In this document: piece after piece, positions 1 through 11,624 of the stretch
Numbering within the stretch: position 1 is the first letter of the stretch
Layout of the letters: each line of letters starts with the position of its first letter
From: Octopus vulgaris
Taxonomy: Eukaryota
Length of the DNA stretch: 64,000 nucleotides
Reading direction: 5' to 3'
NCBI GenBank assembly: GCA_951406725.2
Contig: OX597817.1
Location: forward strand, 92,814,001-92,878,000
Program-made: the position numbers and the translations under genes
Notes under the pieces: generated by a model
Database searches by the model: none
Told to the model about the DNA's origin: nothing
What the model saw: the letters and a program-made list of their open reading frames with translations, nothing else

Positions 1-274
1 TGTAGTACGTTGTCTGGTGGGGGAAAGACAGCCTCTGATATACTGCTCCGTGTTGGTCGTTGAAGTTGGTTGAAGTTGGTTGCTGGTCGTGTGGTGGTCA
101 GAGCCGAGAATTCGTGACCGATCGCAATGCTGTCTTAGCCGAAGAGAGATTTGAGGTTCGCGGGCTCGAGGGACGTTTTCCCGCACATGCGCATGGGGAA
201 GACTTCCGGTGGCCACCCGGAAGTAGTCCCATTCTGCGCATGCGCGCCGAACCCTACACAGTAGCATCACTACA
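1..274 (-). repeat. 3' LTR (U3 side) of the Gypsy element
   Basis: Begins TGTAGTG immediately after the polypurine tract on the minus strand. Confidence 0.75.
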
Positions 275-400
275 GGGCTCCCCTCCGAGTGCGAAGTACG
301 GCAACAAGAATCTTGTGGTGGTGCTGCAGAAAACAGAAGGCTTGCCGATCCCCCAGAAGACTTGGTACATGATATACAACAAGAAACATTTTAAAGAAAG

Positions 401-3400
401 TTAAATGTAGATTGTTTTTGAAAGTTTCTTGGGCCAATGCACTGTTCTGCCCGATTTTGTAACATACGGTGTGCTCGGGGCACCCGTTGACGGCGAGGGT
501 GGTGTTGTAGGAGCCGGTGAAGGCAAAGGCGTCTGTGCAGGTGAAGGTGTTTGTGCAGGTGAAGGCGTTTGTGCAGGTGAAAGTGTTGTTAAAGGTGCAT
601 AGGTGGGTGTGTCAAGGTTGTCATCAAAAGATGAAGACGTCTCAAAATGTGCCTGTTTTAAACGGTCCACGGAAACGGTCTCCGAACGACCATTTATCTC
701 AATCGTGAAAACCTTTGGTGTGCGAGAAAGCACACGAAAAGGTCCTTTATAGGGAGAAACAAGTGGGCCCTTCACAGAATCGTCCCGAACAAAAACATGC
801 GACCAGGTGTTCATATCCGGTGGAAGATGGGACGGTGGAGATTGCTTTCTGGGAACCATGGGCGGAAGGTTCGAAAAACATGCCCGCAGTCTGGTGACAT
901 AGGTCGCCGGATCATGGGGCTGGGAAGTGTCTGGCACCAACATCGTACCAGGAAATGCCAGTGTGGTACCATACAGCAGCTCTGCAGCAGAAAACCCCAG
1001 GTCTGCCTTGACAGCAGTCCGACAGCCGAGAAGCACAATGGGCAGAAATTCGATCCAGGACTGTGGGTCTGAAGAGGCACGAAGAGCGGCCTTGAGCTGT
1101 CTATGGAACCGCTCAATCAATCCATTAGACGCTGGATGGTAGCTTGTGGTGTGGATATGGTGCATACCCAAAATTCGCGACAATTCGCGAAATAGCGAGG
1201 CCTCAAACTGTCGTCCACGATCAGTTGTCAATCGGGACGGGACTCCGAAGCGAGAAATCCAGTTTGAAACGAAAGCTCGCGCAACAGTCTCAGCAGAAAT
1301 GTCTGCTATCGGAATGGCTTCTGGCCAGCGGGAGAAGCGATCGACACAAGTTAATAGATAAGAGAACCCGCGACTCACAGGCCATGGTCCAACCAGATCG
1401 ATGTGGACATGGCGAAAACGGGCCTCCGTGGGGGGAAATTGTCCAAGCGGGGCACGAATGTGCCGTTGAATCTTGGATCGTTGACACTTGGAGCAGGTGC
1501 GTGTCCAAGAAGTAATTGTGCGACGCATATTCGGCCAGAAAAACCGAGCAGTGATTAGTTTGAGGGTGGCAGTGATGCCAGGATGTGATAAGGAGTGCAG
1601 TGCTTCAAACACTGAGCGTTGATGGTTCTCAGGCACCAGTGGCCTGGGAGATCCAGTGGAAGTATCACAAAGAATGGTGCCTTCGGCTGACGGAAGCGGA
1701 AGGCAGGAAAACTGGCAACAGGAGAACTTGGGAGAAGTTAAATCTAACGACGCCAAAGGTGGCTGCTCCTGCGATATGGCATCTAAGTCGATAGCAGCAG
1801 GAGACGAAAGGGCGCAAACTGGAAGGCGAGGGAGAGCGTCAGCAGGAACGTTCTCTTTTCCTGGTATGTGTCGAATGTTGCTAGTGAATTGAGAGATAAA
1901 ATCCAGGTGCCGAAAAGCACGGGGTGAGAGTTTGTCCGTTTTTGAAAACAGGGCAAACGTAAGGGGCTTGTGATCCGTATAGATCACAAAATCTCGCCCT
2001 TCAAGTTGATGCTGGAAATGACGAACCGATAGATAGATCACTAGGAGCTCACGATCAAAGGTGCTGTATCGTCGTTCAGCTGGTTGCAGTTGACGGGAAA
2101 AGAAGGCTAGAGGTCGAACATGATCATCCACTGTGTGTTGTAACACAGCGCCAATCGCAGTGTCCGATGCGTCCACAGTCAAAGAGAGAGAAGCACCAGG
2201 AACTGGATGTGCAAGCAAAGAAACAGAAGCCAGCTCCTTCTTAATGGACTCAAAGGCTGTCACTGCCTCAACAGAGAGGGTGACTTGACTGTCCTTTCTA
2301 GGAGAGTCCTTTAACAGCCTGGTGAGAGGTAGCAGCTTATCTGCACAACCGGGAATGAAACGTCGGTAGAAATTGATCATCCCTAGATAATGCCTGAGCT
2401 GGCGCAAGGAAGTGGGGGATGCGATGCGTTGAATGGCATCGACTTTTGACGAGAGGGGGCTGATTCCAGTCGAATCAATATGATGCCCTAGAAAATCTAG
2501 GGAAGAGCGTCCGAAAACACACTTGTCGGGGTTTATGCGTATACTATACGCGCGAAGACGCTGGAAGAGTTGAGAAAGGTGCCGGAGATGATTTTCTCGT
2601 GTGTCGCTCGCAATGAGTATGTCATCGACATAGGCAAACACAAAATCAAGACCGCGGACAACCTCATCAATGAAACGCTGAAAGGTGCTAGTAGCATTCC
2701 GCAAACCGAAACTCATGTACAAAAACTCAAAACACCCAAACGGGGTAGTGATCGCAGTTTTTGGAACGTCGGCTGGGTTGACCGGTATTTGGTGGTAAGC
2801 GCGTATCAGATCGACCTTCGAAAAAATGGTACAACCATGGAGATTTGCCGTAAAGTCCTGGAGATTTCTAATCGGGTAGCGGTCGGCTATTGTTACGGCA
2901 TTGAGGCGTCGATAGTCTCCAACCGGGCGAAAATCAGACTCGCCCTTTCGCGCCAAATGAAGGGGAGATGCCCAAGGGCTGGTGGAGGGGCGTATAAGGC
3001 CAAGTTGAAGCATGTGCTCAAACTCGGCTCTGGCCGTTTTTAGTCGGTCTGGCGCTAGGCGCCGGGGGCGTGAGAATACAGGTGGCCCAGTGGTGGTGAT
3101 GAAATGGAGGGTCGAGTGGGTAGGCTTTTCCGGTTTAAAGGCAATGTCCACTAGCTCCGGAAATGAAACCAAAAGAGAGTGAAAAGGGCCTCCAGAGGTG
3201 GCAACAAAGAATGTCGGGCTAAGGACCGCAGTGGTGGAACTCCCAGTCGGTGTAGAGAGCGACGTTGTGCTATCAAGAAGCCTCCGACGCCTGACATCCA
3301 CCAATAGATTAAACCTATCCAGGAAATCAGCGCCGAGAATAGGATGCGGGATGTCAGCGATGACGAAAACCCATTGAAAGTCTCGACGAAGGTTGAGGTC

Positions 3401-3637
3401 GAGGCGCAGCGAAATCTGACCGTAAGTGGTTATGGGAGACGAGTCAATAGCATGCAAGACAATCGAAGAGCGCTTGGGCTTGTCTGCAGCCAGACGAAGG
3501 GGCCAGATGTTGCAACAGGAGCCGGTGTCCACCATGAAGAATTTCTTCGACACCAGATCTTTTACAAAGAATGCACGATGTTTGGGAAACGAGATGGAAG
3601 AAGGTGACGTGCTCACCTCCTCCGGATTTAGTTTTCC
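401..3637 (-). CDS. pol: Gypsy pol polyprotein (aspartic protease, RT, RNase H, integrase with HHCC, DDE and GPY/F; Pro/Thr-rich tail)
   Basis: Uninterrupted 1101-aa ORF with [65 protein letters not shown] and SPYKGPF motifs. Probably entered by -1 frameshift at 3637-3631. Confidence 0.95.
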   Translation of the reverse strand, partial: GKLNPEEVSTSPSSISFPKHRAFFVKDLVSKKFFMVDTGSCCNIWPLRLAADKPKRSSIVLHAIDSSPITTYGQISLRLDLNLRRDFQWVFVIADIPHPILGADFLDRFNLLVDVRRRRLLDSTTSLSTPTGSSTTAVLSPTFFVATSGGPFHSLLVSFPELVDIAFKPEKPTHSTLHFITTTGPPVFSRPRRLAPDRLKTARAEFEHMLQLGLIRPSTSPWASPLHLARKGESDFRPVGDYRRLNAVTIADRYPIRNLQDFTANLHGCTIFSKVDLIRAYHQIPVNPADVPKTAITTPFGCFEFLYMSFGLRNATSTFQRFIDEVVRGLDFVFAYVDDILIASDTRENHLRHLSQLFQRLRAYSIRINPDKCVFGRSSLDFLGHHIDSTGISPLSSKVDAIQRIASPTSLRQLRHYLGMINFYRRFIPGCADKLLPLTRLLKDSPRKDSQVTLSVEAVTAFESIKKELASVSLLAHPVPGASLSLTVDASDTAIGAVLQHTVDDHVRPLAFFSRQLQPAERRYSTFDRELLVIYLSVRHFQHQLEGRDFVIYTDHKPLTFALFSKTDKLSPRAFRHLDFISQFTSNIRHIPGKENVPADALPRLPVCALSSPAAIDLDAISQEQPPLASLDLTSPKFSCCQFSCLPLPSAEGTILCDTSTGSPRPLVPENHQRSVFEALHSLSHPGITATLKLITARFFWPNMRRTITSWTRTCSKCQRSKIQRHIRAPLGQFPPTEARFRHVHIDLVGPWPVSRGFSYLLTCVDRFSRWPEAIPIADISAETVARAFVSNWISRFGVPSRLTTDRGRQFEASLFRELSRILGMHHIHTTSYHPASNGLIERFHRQLKAALRASSDPQSWIEFLPIVLLGCRTAVKADLGFSAAELLYGTTLAFPGTMLVPDTSQPHDPATYVTRLRACFSNLPPMVPRKQSPPSHLPPDMNTWSHVFVRDDSVKGPLVSPYKGPFRVLSRTPKVFTIEINGRSETVSVDRLKQAHFETSSSFDDNLDTPTYAPLTTLSPAQTPSPAQTPSPAQTPLPSPAPTTPPSPSTGAPSTPYVTKSGRTVHWPKKLSKTIYI
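3597..3637 (-). promoter_or_regulatory. Putative -1 programmed ribosomal frameshift signal (gag-pol)
   Basis: Slippery G GAA AAC sits just before the gag stop, followed by a 7-nt spacer and an 11-bp stem GGAGGAGGTGA/TCACCTTCTTC. pol is in the -1 frame relative to gag. Confidence 0.75.
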
Positions 3638-4361
3638 GAGGGCTTGAAAGTGCACGGCTGGGTACACTGATCTGCCTTTTCGGCATACTTCGAATGGTAC
3701 CAGCACCAGCCGGAACGAGAAACAGAGTCATTCAGACTACGGGAAATAGAGCTACTGCGACTACGACTGCGAGATTGGCGTCCGATCGCACGGCACAGAT
3801 CATCGATTCTCCGCGTAAGCGCATCGATGTTCTCGGCTAGTTTATCGTTCGTCGGAGGGGGCTCTGTACATGCGTACAGGCCCCGCGAGGGGATGGGCGC
3901 GAAAACTCCAACACCTTGTCGGCCATCGTGGCGATCTGGTCCACAGACACAGAATCCAGTGCCGTGGCCAACATTGTCTGTACGTGGGCAGGCAGCCTTG
4001 AAAAAAATATTTTACGTAAGAGCGGCGCGTCTGCTGCGTTGCCGCTTAGCTCCCTTAGATGGCGCAGAAACTGGGATGGAGTTCTGTCCCCTAACTGCTC
4101 GTCGGCCATCAGCTCATTAAACTGACTTTCTTCTGAGCGCGTATTGCGACAGAGGATTTCCGCCTTTACTGACGCATATGTGGCGTCAGGATGGGGACTC
4201 ACAATGAGATCCCTGACCGATGTTGCGAGCCGGGAGGGCAAACTTGAATACAGTAGATGTAACTGCTGTTGTGGAGGAATAGTATGCGCTGCAAAGTGTG
4301 ATTCCACCTGTGCAAACCACAGCCCCGCATCCCCCGTGAATGAAGGCAAACCTGAAGCCAT
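3628..4361 (-). pseudogene. gag: Gypsy gag with one internal frameshift near 3865-3885
   Basis: MASGLPSFTGDAGLWFAQVESHF...LGDRTPSQFLRHLREL...LPAHVQ (ATG 4361). It continues in another frame as [50 protein letters not shown] (Cys/His knuckle), stop at 3630-3628. Confidence 0.85.
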
Positions 4362-4758
4362 GCCTTTGTCGGAAGGAATCTGTGAGAAGGGGGCAGAGAG
4401 TATGGTCGAGAAATGGAGAGAGAACACGTGGAACCGACAAAGCAAATCAAAATTGTGTTTGTGTGTGCACCTCGTGGGTAGCAAAAAAAAATAAGTGTGT
4501 GTACAAGGAAAACAAAATACAGAAAAGGAAAAATGAATGTGTGTGTTTTCTTTTTTTTTTTTGTTTTTTTTTTTTGTTTTGTTTTCTTTTCTTTTTTTTT
4601 GTTTTGTGTACTGAGTGCGATGAATAAGGTTATTTGACCCACCTCGCCGTGCTGAAAAAGAGAAAAAAAAAATGAAAATAAATATGAATTTTCCGCGCTC
4701 TCCGGCAAAAAAACCTGTTCGCTGTGTCTTCTTCTATCCTGTTCTTTTTTTTTTCAGC

Positions 4759-4770
4759 TTGGGGTCACCA
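4759..4770 (-). promoter_or_regulatory. Primer binding site, tRNA-Trp-like
   Basis: TGGTGACCCC is complementary to the 3' end of eukaryotic tRNA-Trp and is adjacent to the LTR-terminal CA. Confidence 0.7.
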
Positions 4771-4914
4771 ATTGTAACAATCTTTGGAGTAAAAAAGAGT
4801 TGTTGTTCAAAAATTATACTTTATTTAGCAGCCGAAAGTGTACTAAATATTGTGATACCTCATCCGTCAAAATCAGCAACTCAGTTTTCGAATCCATAAG
4901 GAACACACGCTTAA

Positions 4915-5010
4915 ACACACACACACACACACACGCACCACACACAAATCTGTTTTAATATATAAGACATATATATATTTTAATATATACACACACACAC
5001 ATATATACAT

Positions 5011-5081
<71 letters not shown>

Positions 5082-5620
5082 TGTGTGTATGCATAAATGT
5101 GTACATATATGTATGTATGAGCGTGAGTACGGAAACATGTGTATATATATATATATATGTATGAATGTATCTGTGTATGTATTTATTTACGTATATATGT
5201 GTATGCATGTTTGTAGTATGTATGTGTGTATATATGTATGTATGTATGTACGTATGTATGTGCGTATATCCGTGTTTGTATGGATGGACTGATACACCTA
5301 TACGATCGTGTGGGTGTCTTTTTGTGCGTGTGCGAGAGTGTGTATGTAGATTTATTTGTACGTGTTTGTGAGGTCTTGTATGATTCGATGTATATACATG
5401 CATACACAAACACACACGTAGAGACACATACACATTTGGATCGCAGACACGCGCGGACACACACACACATACGTACCCAAACACATGCTCACTCACGTAC
5501 ACAGACACAATCACACGCTCACGCACTCATACTCAGACGATTAATCTTATATTTGCACAGATATACCAAGACCGTTCCACGACAAGTATGTGTGTGTGTA
5601 CCTGTGTGTTTGTGTACATT
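4915..5620. repeat. Compound CA/TA/TATG microsatellite
   Basis: Directly visible. Confidence 0.9.
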
Positions 5621-5882
5621 TCTGTGTATGTTCGTCTTTTACTATTACTACTTGTACCTCTCTCCCAATGCCAAAACATCTTAACATCATAAATTTTACC
5701 TCGCCACACAACATACATCTTTAACATCCTCTTCCGGACGATTGTCTAGTTATTTATGTATTAGAACTTTTCACTTTAAGTTGTCACCGTCTAATGTCGC
5801 TGTGTGGTTAATTATATAGTGTTCCTTTTTATGAACATTGGCAAAAATGGCCTTGACAGTACCAGTTGACACACACCTAGAA

Positions 5883-6215
5883 TTCTTCTTCTTCTTCTTT
5901 TTCTTCTTTTTCTTCTTCTTCTTCTTCTTCTTCTTCTTCTTCTTCTTTTTCTTCTTCATCATCATCATCATAATCTTCTTCTTCTTCTTCTTCTTCTTCT
6001 TCTTCTTCTTCTTCTTCTTCTTCTTCATCATCATCATCTTGTTCTTCTTCTTCTTCTTCTTCTTCTTCTTCATCATCATCATCATCTTATTCTTCTTCCT
6101 CTTTTTTTTCTTCTTCTTCTTCTTCTTCTTCGTCTTCTTCCTTTTCTTCTTCTATTTCTTTCTTCCCTTCTTCCGATTCTTCTCCTTCTTCTTCTTCTTC
6201 GTCTTCTTCTCTTCT

Positions 6216-6250
<35 letters not shown>

Positions 6251-6300
6251 TTCTCCCTTTTCTTCTTATATTTCTTTCTTCCCTTCTTCCGATTCTTCTC
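5883..6300. repeat. (TTC)n/(ATC)n compound microsatellite
   Basis: Directly visible. Confidence 0.95.
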
Positions 6301-7004
6301 CTTCGGCTTCTGTTCGTTTTCCTCCCTCTCCTTCACTTTCTCCCTTTTATTTTGACATGTATCCACCCTCTTCATTCGCCCCTCACATAATTTCTTCCCC
6401 ACAGATCCATCCCGCATACACAGTTTTAATTTTCTTACTTTCATGTCCTCCGGATGCTTACATGACAATGACGTCTGTAATAACACAACTTTGATGCAGG
6501 TCTTTCTAGCGCCTCTCCAATACCAAAAACCGCATATATTACGTAACTTTTCATTTATAATTTTTGCGTAAACTGGCGTTGCAAATGGAGACGGTACGGG
6601 AAAATGTGTAACTAATAATTACAGATGTGTTAAAGAATTTTCTTTATCTTCTTTAGTTTCATTGTATCATTTTCTCTTTGCCAAACCATGTGACGTGAAA
6701 CGTAGATTTTCGTCATCAGATATATTCCGGCCTTTGCTTGGCTTGAATCCCGAGGGTTGATAACCCAGTATATGGGTAGAGTATTCCGGTTCTCTAGAAA
6801 TACACCAACTTCAAACCCGACTGACTTTAAAATACATACATGAACACGCGCACACACATATGTATAATACATACATACATAAATACATACATGCATAAAT
6901 AATACATACATAAATATATATATATATGTGTGTGTGTGGGTGTGGGTGTATGTGTGCTTGTGTGTTTATGTATATATATATATGTATGCATATATATGTA
7001 TATA

Positions 7005-8746
7005 TAAGTTCAGCAAAATTTAGATTCAGATGTGTATGGTACTTAAGTTACAGGCACCAGAATTTGGTATGGTATTATCCATATAAATCAAATGGGACGA
7101 ATATAATCAAAATAAGCAACAAGGATATCCAAGGTCGTGTAGTACAATCGTTTCATGCTACTTCATTTTATTAAACAATGTAAGTATTACATCAGTTTTA
7201 AAATGTAAAGCAATCTTCAGCCACATATAGAAATTTTTTAATTAAATGCACAATGTAGATTTTTATATTTAGTTCATTTGCTAACATTACAAAGAGGGTA
7301 GATATATAGACAGAGAGGTTAATTGTATCATTAAGAACATGGTAGTAGAAGGTCCTTCTCCATCTGTAGATTTTTTATCACTGAGTTCACGTTGTTATTT
7401 AGATTTATCAATGGGGAGGGTTTTTTTCGTTTCGTTCAATGGAAACAAACAAGAATTTTTTCTATTTATAGATAGAGGAAGGGGTAGTACAAATGTCAGA
7501 GTCATAAATCATTCCCATTATGAAGAATTTAACTTAGGCATATTTGAATGTATTTTGGTTAAAGTTAGTAGGCTAAATTTAGGAGAATAGAGACTACTAA
7601 TGCTCTAGGGGTTTCTAATGTCGTTTACCATTTAACAGCCATAATTCAGTTTGCGAATTTTAAATAAATATCCTTCAGGTAGTTTTTTTCCAAAGGATTC
7701 TAATAAATTTTAGTATCTTATATAGGGATAGAAAATATAAAAATCATTTTATATTTCTATAAATATAGATATATATCAATTTCTATTAACATAGATAGAA
7801 ATTTCTAAAAATCAGTTTTTACCGTATTGGTCCGAATTTCGGGGTTAATTCATAAGAATTTTCCCCTCCTCAGCGATAAATACGTTAGACATAAATGAAA
7901 TACTTACTCATACCCATGGAAAAAGCAAGCAGTATGTCCTGAGCAGACCTAAGTACCCCAAATATATCCAAAATAGAAAATCTTCGGCACATCTCGAGAA
8001 ACGTGTGATTCGAACTAGAAACTTTCACAGAGTGAGAGAATCGTATTGGGACCAATACGGTAATAACGGAATTTTTAGAAATTTTTCTATCGGCTTCTTT
8101 CGAGACGCATAAATTACAATGGTTATTGACAATTTTGTCTTTTTTTCGGCATATTTGGCATTAGAATTTATCTTTTGCCCTTATTTTATAAGTTATTTAT
8201 CAATTTAACCTTTAGAGGTATTTTTTGATATGCTGGCCATTGATAAATTTTTTTTTCAAAAAAATTTTATCGTATAATAGTTGTAAATTTAAGTGTTCAC
8301 TTCCGGATTCTCTCACTCTGTGAAAGTTTCTAGTTCGAATCACACGTGTCTCGATATGTGCCGAAGATTCTCTATTTTGGATATAGTTGGGGTACTTAGA
8401 TCTGCTCAGGACTTACTGCTTGCTTTTTCCATGGGTATGAGTAAGTATTTCATTTATGTCTTACGTATTTATCGCTGAGGAGGGGAAAATTCTTATGAAT
8501 TAACCCCAAACTTGGAACCAATATGGTAATAACGGATTTTTTAGAAATTTCTATCGGCTTGTTTCGAGACGCAAAAATTATAATGGTTATTGACAATTTT
8601 GTCGTTTTTTGGCATATTTGTCATTAGAATTTTTTTTGTGCCCTTATTTTATAAGTTATTTATATATTTAACCGTTAAAGTTCTTTTTTGATATGCTGGC
8701 CATTGCTAAAATTTTTTTTTTCGAAAAAATGTTATCCTACATTAGT

Positions 8747-8750
<4 letters not shown>
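7005..8750. mobile_element. Probable Penelope-like element remnant with inverted (7795-8042/8306-8555) and direct (8043-8290/8510-8750) duplications
   Basis: Repeats read directly; adjacent hammerhead motif; flanked by TA microsatellites. Confidence 0.5.
7139..7224 (-). ncRNA. Type I hammerhead ribozyme motif in a probable PLE pseudo-LTR
   Basis: gtgg CTGAAGA ttgct..long loop..agcat GAAA cgattg TA ctac; stem I gtgg/ctac, GUA cleavage triplet. Confidence 0.65.
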
Positions 8751-8800
<50 letters not shown>

Positions 8801-8804
<4 letters not shown>

Positions 8805-9673
8805 TAACAATGAAGGGTAAAATTAATTAATTTGGAACAATTATCAATTACACCAAGTAGTCTTCGGCATGTAAAAGCCTCATTCGAGGAAAATTTAAGT
8901 AATACTAAGCAATTAAGGGTTTAGCAACGAATTGCCTTACCACACACCGAATTTAGAAATAGCAGTCAAAGAGATTATAGCTATTTCTTCTACTAAAAGG
9001 GAGATCACAGTAAAGGCACAGCATTTGAAAGGCAAACACAAACAGGTAAAAGAGAATGAATTAACGGCAATCTATCATACAGTTTTAAGTCACCTACGGA
9101 CGTACGTTTCGAGATCAAGTCTTAGGAAAGCATAAGAATTAGATAACTCTACTTTACCCAGACTTCTTCTTTCAAATTAATTAATTTCACCCTTCATTGT
9201 TACTCATAAACCATATTCATCCCAGTAAATGACCACAGCACTTTGTCTTGGCTACACGCGGGTGGGAAGGGACTGGTGACACAAGCTTTCATTCATACTT
9301 TGAATTTGGTGATACTAGCTGTGGCTTCTAGCTCGCTCTGATACTGAGTTGAGTTGGTGCCTTCTAGTATCTCAAAATTCAATATTCAATCATTCATGAT
9401 TGTTAGTATCCTGCGCTGATGAAAGAAGAAGTCTGGGTAAAGTAGAGTTATCTAATTCTTATGCTTTCCTAAGACTTGATCTCGAAACGTACGTCCGTAG
9501 GTGACTTAAAACTGTATGATAGATTGCCGTTAATTCATTCTCTTTTACCTGTTTGTGTTTGCCTTTCAAATGCTGTGCATTTACTGTGATCTCCCTTTTA
9601 GTAGAAGAAATAGCTATAATCTCTTTGACTGCTATTTCTAAATTCGGTGTGTGGTAAGGCAATTCGTTGCTAA

Positions 9674-9678
<5 letters not shown>
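8801..9678. mobile_element. PLE pseudo-LTR with inverted copy (8916-9172 vs 9422-9678) inserted in (TA)n
   Basis: About 255-bp near-identical inverted arms (same 67-aa spurious ORF on both strands), a nested short IR 8803-8832/9173-9203, and an intact hammerhead motif. Confidence 0.7.
9410..9501 (+). ncRNA. Type I hammerhead ribozyme motif, canonical core
   Basis: cctgcg CTGATGA aaga..~55 nt..tctc GAAA cgtacg TC cgtagg; 6-bp stem I, palindromic stem III, GUC triplet. Confidence 0.8.
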
Positions 9679-9735
<57 letters not shown>

Positions 9736-9863
9736 TTTCTGTCTACCAAATACTCTGATGAGAATTTCTCCACCCGGAGCTAGAAAAGAAGACACTTGCC
9801 CAGGCTGCAATCGCACAGTGGGATTGAACCTGGAACCAAGTTGTTGGCAAGCAATTTTTTTAT

Positions 9864-9989
<126 letters not shown>

Positions 9990-10172
9990 TCTATACATTT
10001 TGTGTAAATATCTTAAATGATAAATTTTGGAATTTAATCTTAATTAACCTCAACAAAACCTTCATTTCTGTATGATGTAGTTGATTTGTTCCTCAACAAA
10101 AACACGTTTGAAACCGCTGTAGTGAACTTCAGCCTAATTGTGTTTTTATTACACAGACGCACACACACAGAT

Positions 10173-10204
<32 letters not shown>

Positions 10205-10886
10205 TCACTCACAGACACACACACGCACACGGTGTGCTAAGGTTGCATTTGAGAGTTTGTGCAATAGGAAACGAAAACAACATCCCATCCAAACATAAAA
10301 TATTTTAAATATATAAATCTATCAACTAGATTAGGGCTGGGATATAATAGTTTACACAAAGTAGCTGTCATCAACTTCCACTACGGCTTCAAGAAGCTTT
10401 GAAAAGTAGCGCATGCGTTCTTCAGTATATCCCGGGAAAACATTCGAACACCTTGATCTTGGCCACCAACTGGGCCTTGAAGAACTGAACAGTCATAGAA
10501 TCTAGGGAATACGAAGAGAGAAGATAATTGATATCCACACCAGTGGTATCAAAAAGGGTGGCTAAATAACAAGCTAAGTTGTGTGTGGCACACGAAGGCA
10601 TGGATGTGCATGATAGCCAACTATTGTGGGCGATCATATACAAAATGACTTCCACATTCTCTGCTCTGACCCTGCAAAGCATTCTGGATATAACATCTAG
10701 AAAGAGAGTTGCGCCGGCCATTTGGTTGGCACTTGTTGCAGTAGAGCAGACCAGAGCCATTATGGGCCGTACTCAAAGAGACAATAGGTCAATAACTTTA
10801 AATACTAAGCCATGCATATTCATTTATTTACAATATATAAATATATATTGAGTTTTCATTCCTAAGGTATTTTTCGATATTATTAA

Positions 10887-10919
<33 letters not shown>

Positions 10920-10921
<2 letters not shown>

Positions 10922-11369
10922 TATGTTTGACTTTTGCTTTATGTCTGTACAAGTTGGCTCCAAGTCTCACCCAGAGACCTCAAGAGACAACAGGTTGGAA
11001 GTTCTGTGCCATATATTTGGGTTTTTTTTTTTTTTTTGATGTTGTACTAGTGAATGTCTAATACATAAAAATAAAAAATAAACCAAAAAAAATTAAAATT
11101 AAAAAAAAAAAGTTTGTTTTAAACCTTGGGATTACATAGAGAGTATTTTGCGTAGGATATGAGCAGTTCCCATGAGCACTATCTTTTGAATTTCTGCCAT
11201 TTTGGGGTTTCCTGGTATCTGAGTTAGGTAGCAATCAGTCCCTTTCGCTATCATTCCCAGGGCACCTATGACAACAGGTATTGTTTTAGTCTTCAGCTTC
11301 CACATTTTGCTGATTTCTATTTCAAGATCTTTATACTTGCTCAGTTTTTGGTAGGTCTTGAAAGATACG

Positions 11370-11372
<3 letters not shown>
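10920..11372 (-). mobile_element. 5'-truncated R4/Dong-like non-LTR retrotransposon (end of restriction-like endonuclease plus 3' UTR) in (TAA)n
   Basis: KYKDLEIEISKMW..IPVVIGALG..GTAHILRK; near-identical to 27305-27760; flanked on both sides by ATT repeats. Confidence 0.85.
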
Positions 11373-11617
<245 letters not shown>

Positions 11618-11624
11618 GCGCGGG

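Larger units (their letters stand above)
1..4900 (-). mobile_element. Ty3/Gypsy LTR retrotransposon, near full-length internal region; 3' LTR probably runs off the window, 5' LTR appears truncated
   Basis: gag plus pol in PR-RT-RH-INT order. PBS TGGTGACCCC at 4770-4761 lies 2 nt after an LTR end (...TTACA at 4773). A purine tract GGAGGGGAGCCC at 286-275 is followed directly by TGTA (3' LTR start at 274). Confidence 0.95.

Noticed and set aside
1-274. Treating 1-274 as a complete TG..CA LTR because the window starts with TGTA
   Set aside because: It does not match the PBS-adjacent LTR end at 4773, so the LTR likely extends beyond the window.
2570-3043. 157-aa plus-strand ORF and other short ORFs overlapping pol
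   Set aside because: Antisense shadows of the RT coding sequence.
4873-6494. Long ORFs rich in YI, CV, HT, poly-K and poly-F (also many similar ones throughout the window)
   Set aside because: They are translations of microsatellites with no coding signal.
6695-6725. Minus-strand CTGATGACGAAA as a hammerhead
   Set aside because: No stem II and no convincing stems I or III.
10422-10760. 112-aa non-repetitive ORF
   Set aside because: No motif or splice context I can recognise; possibly TE-derived.
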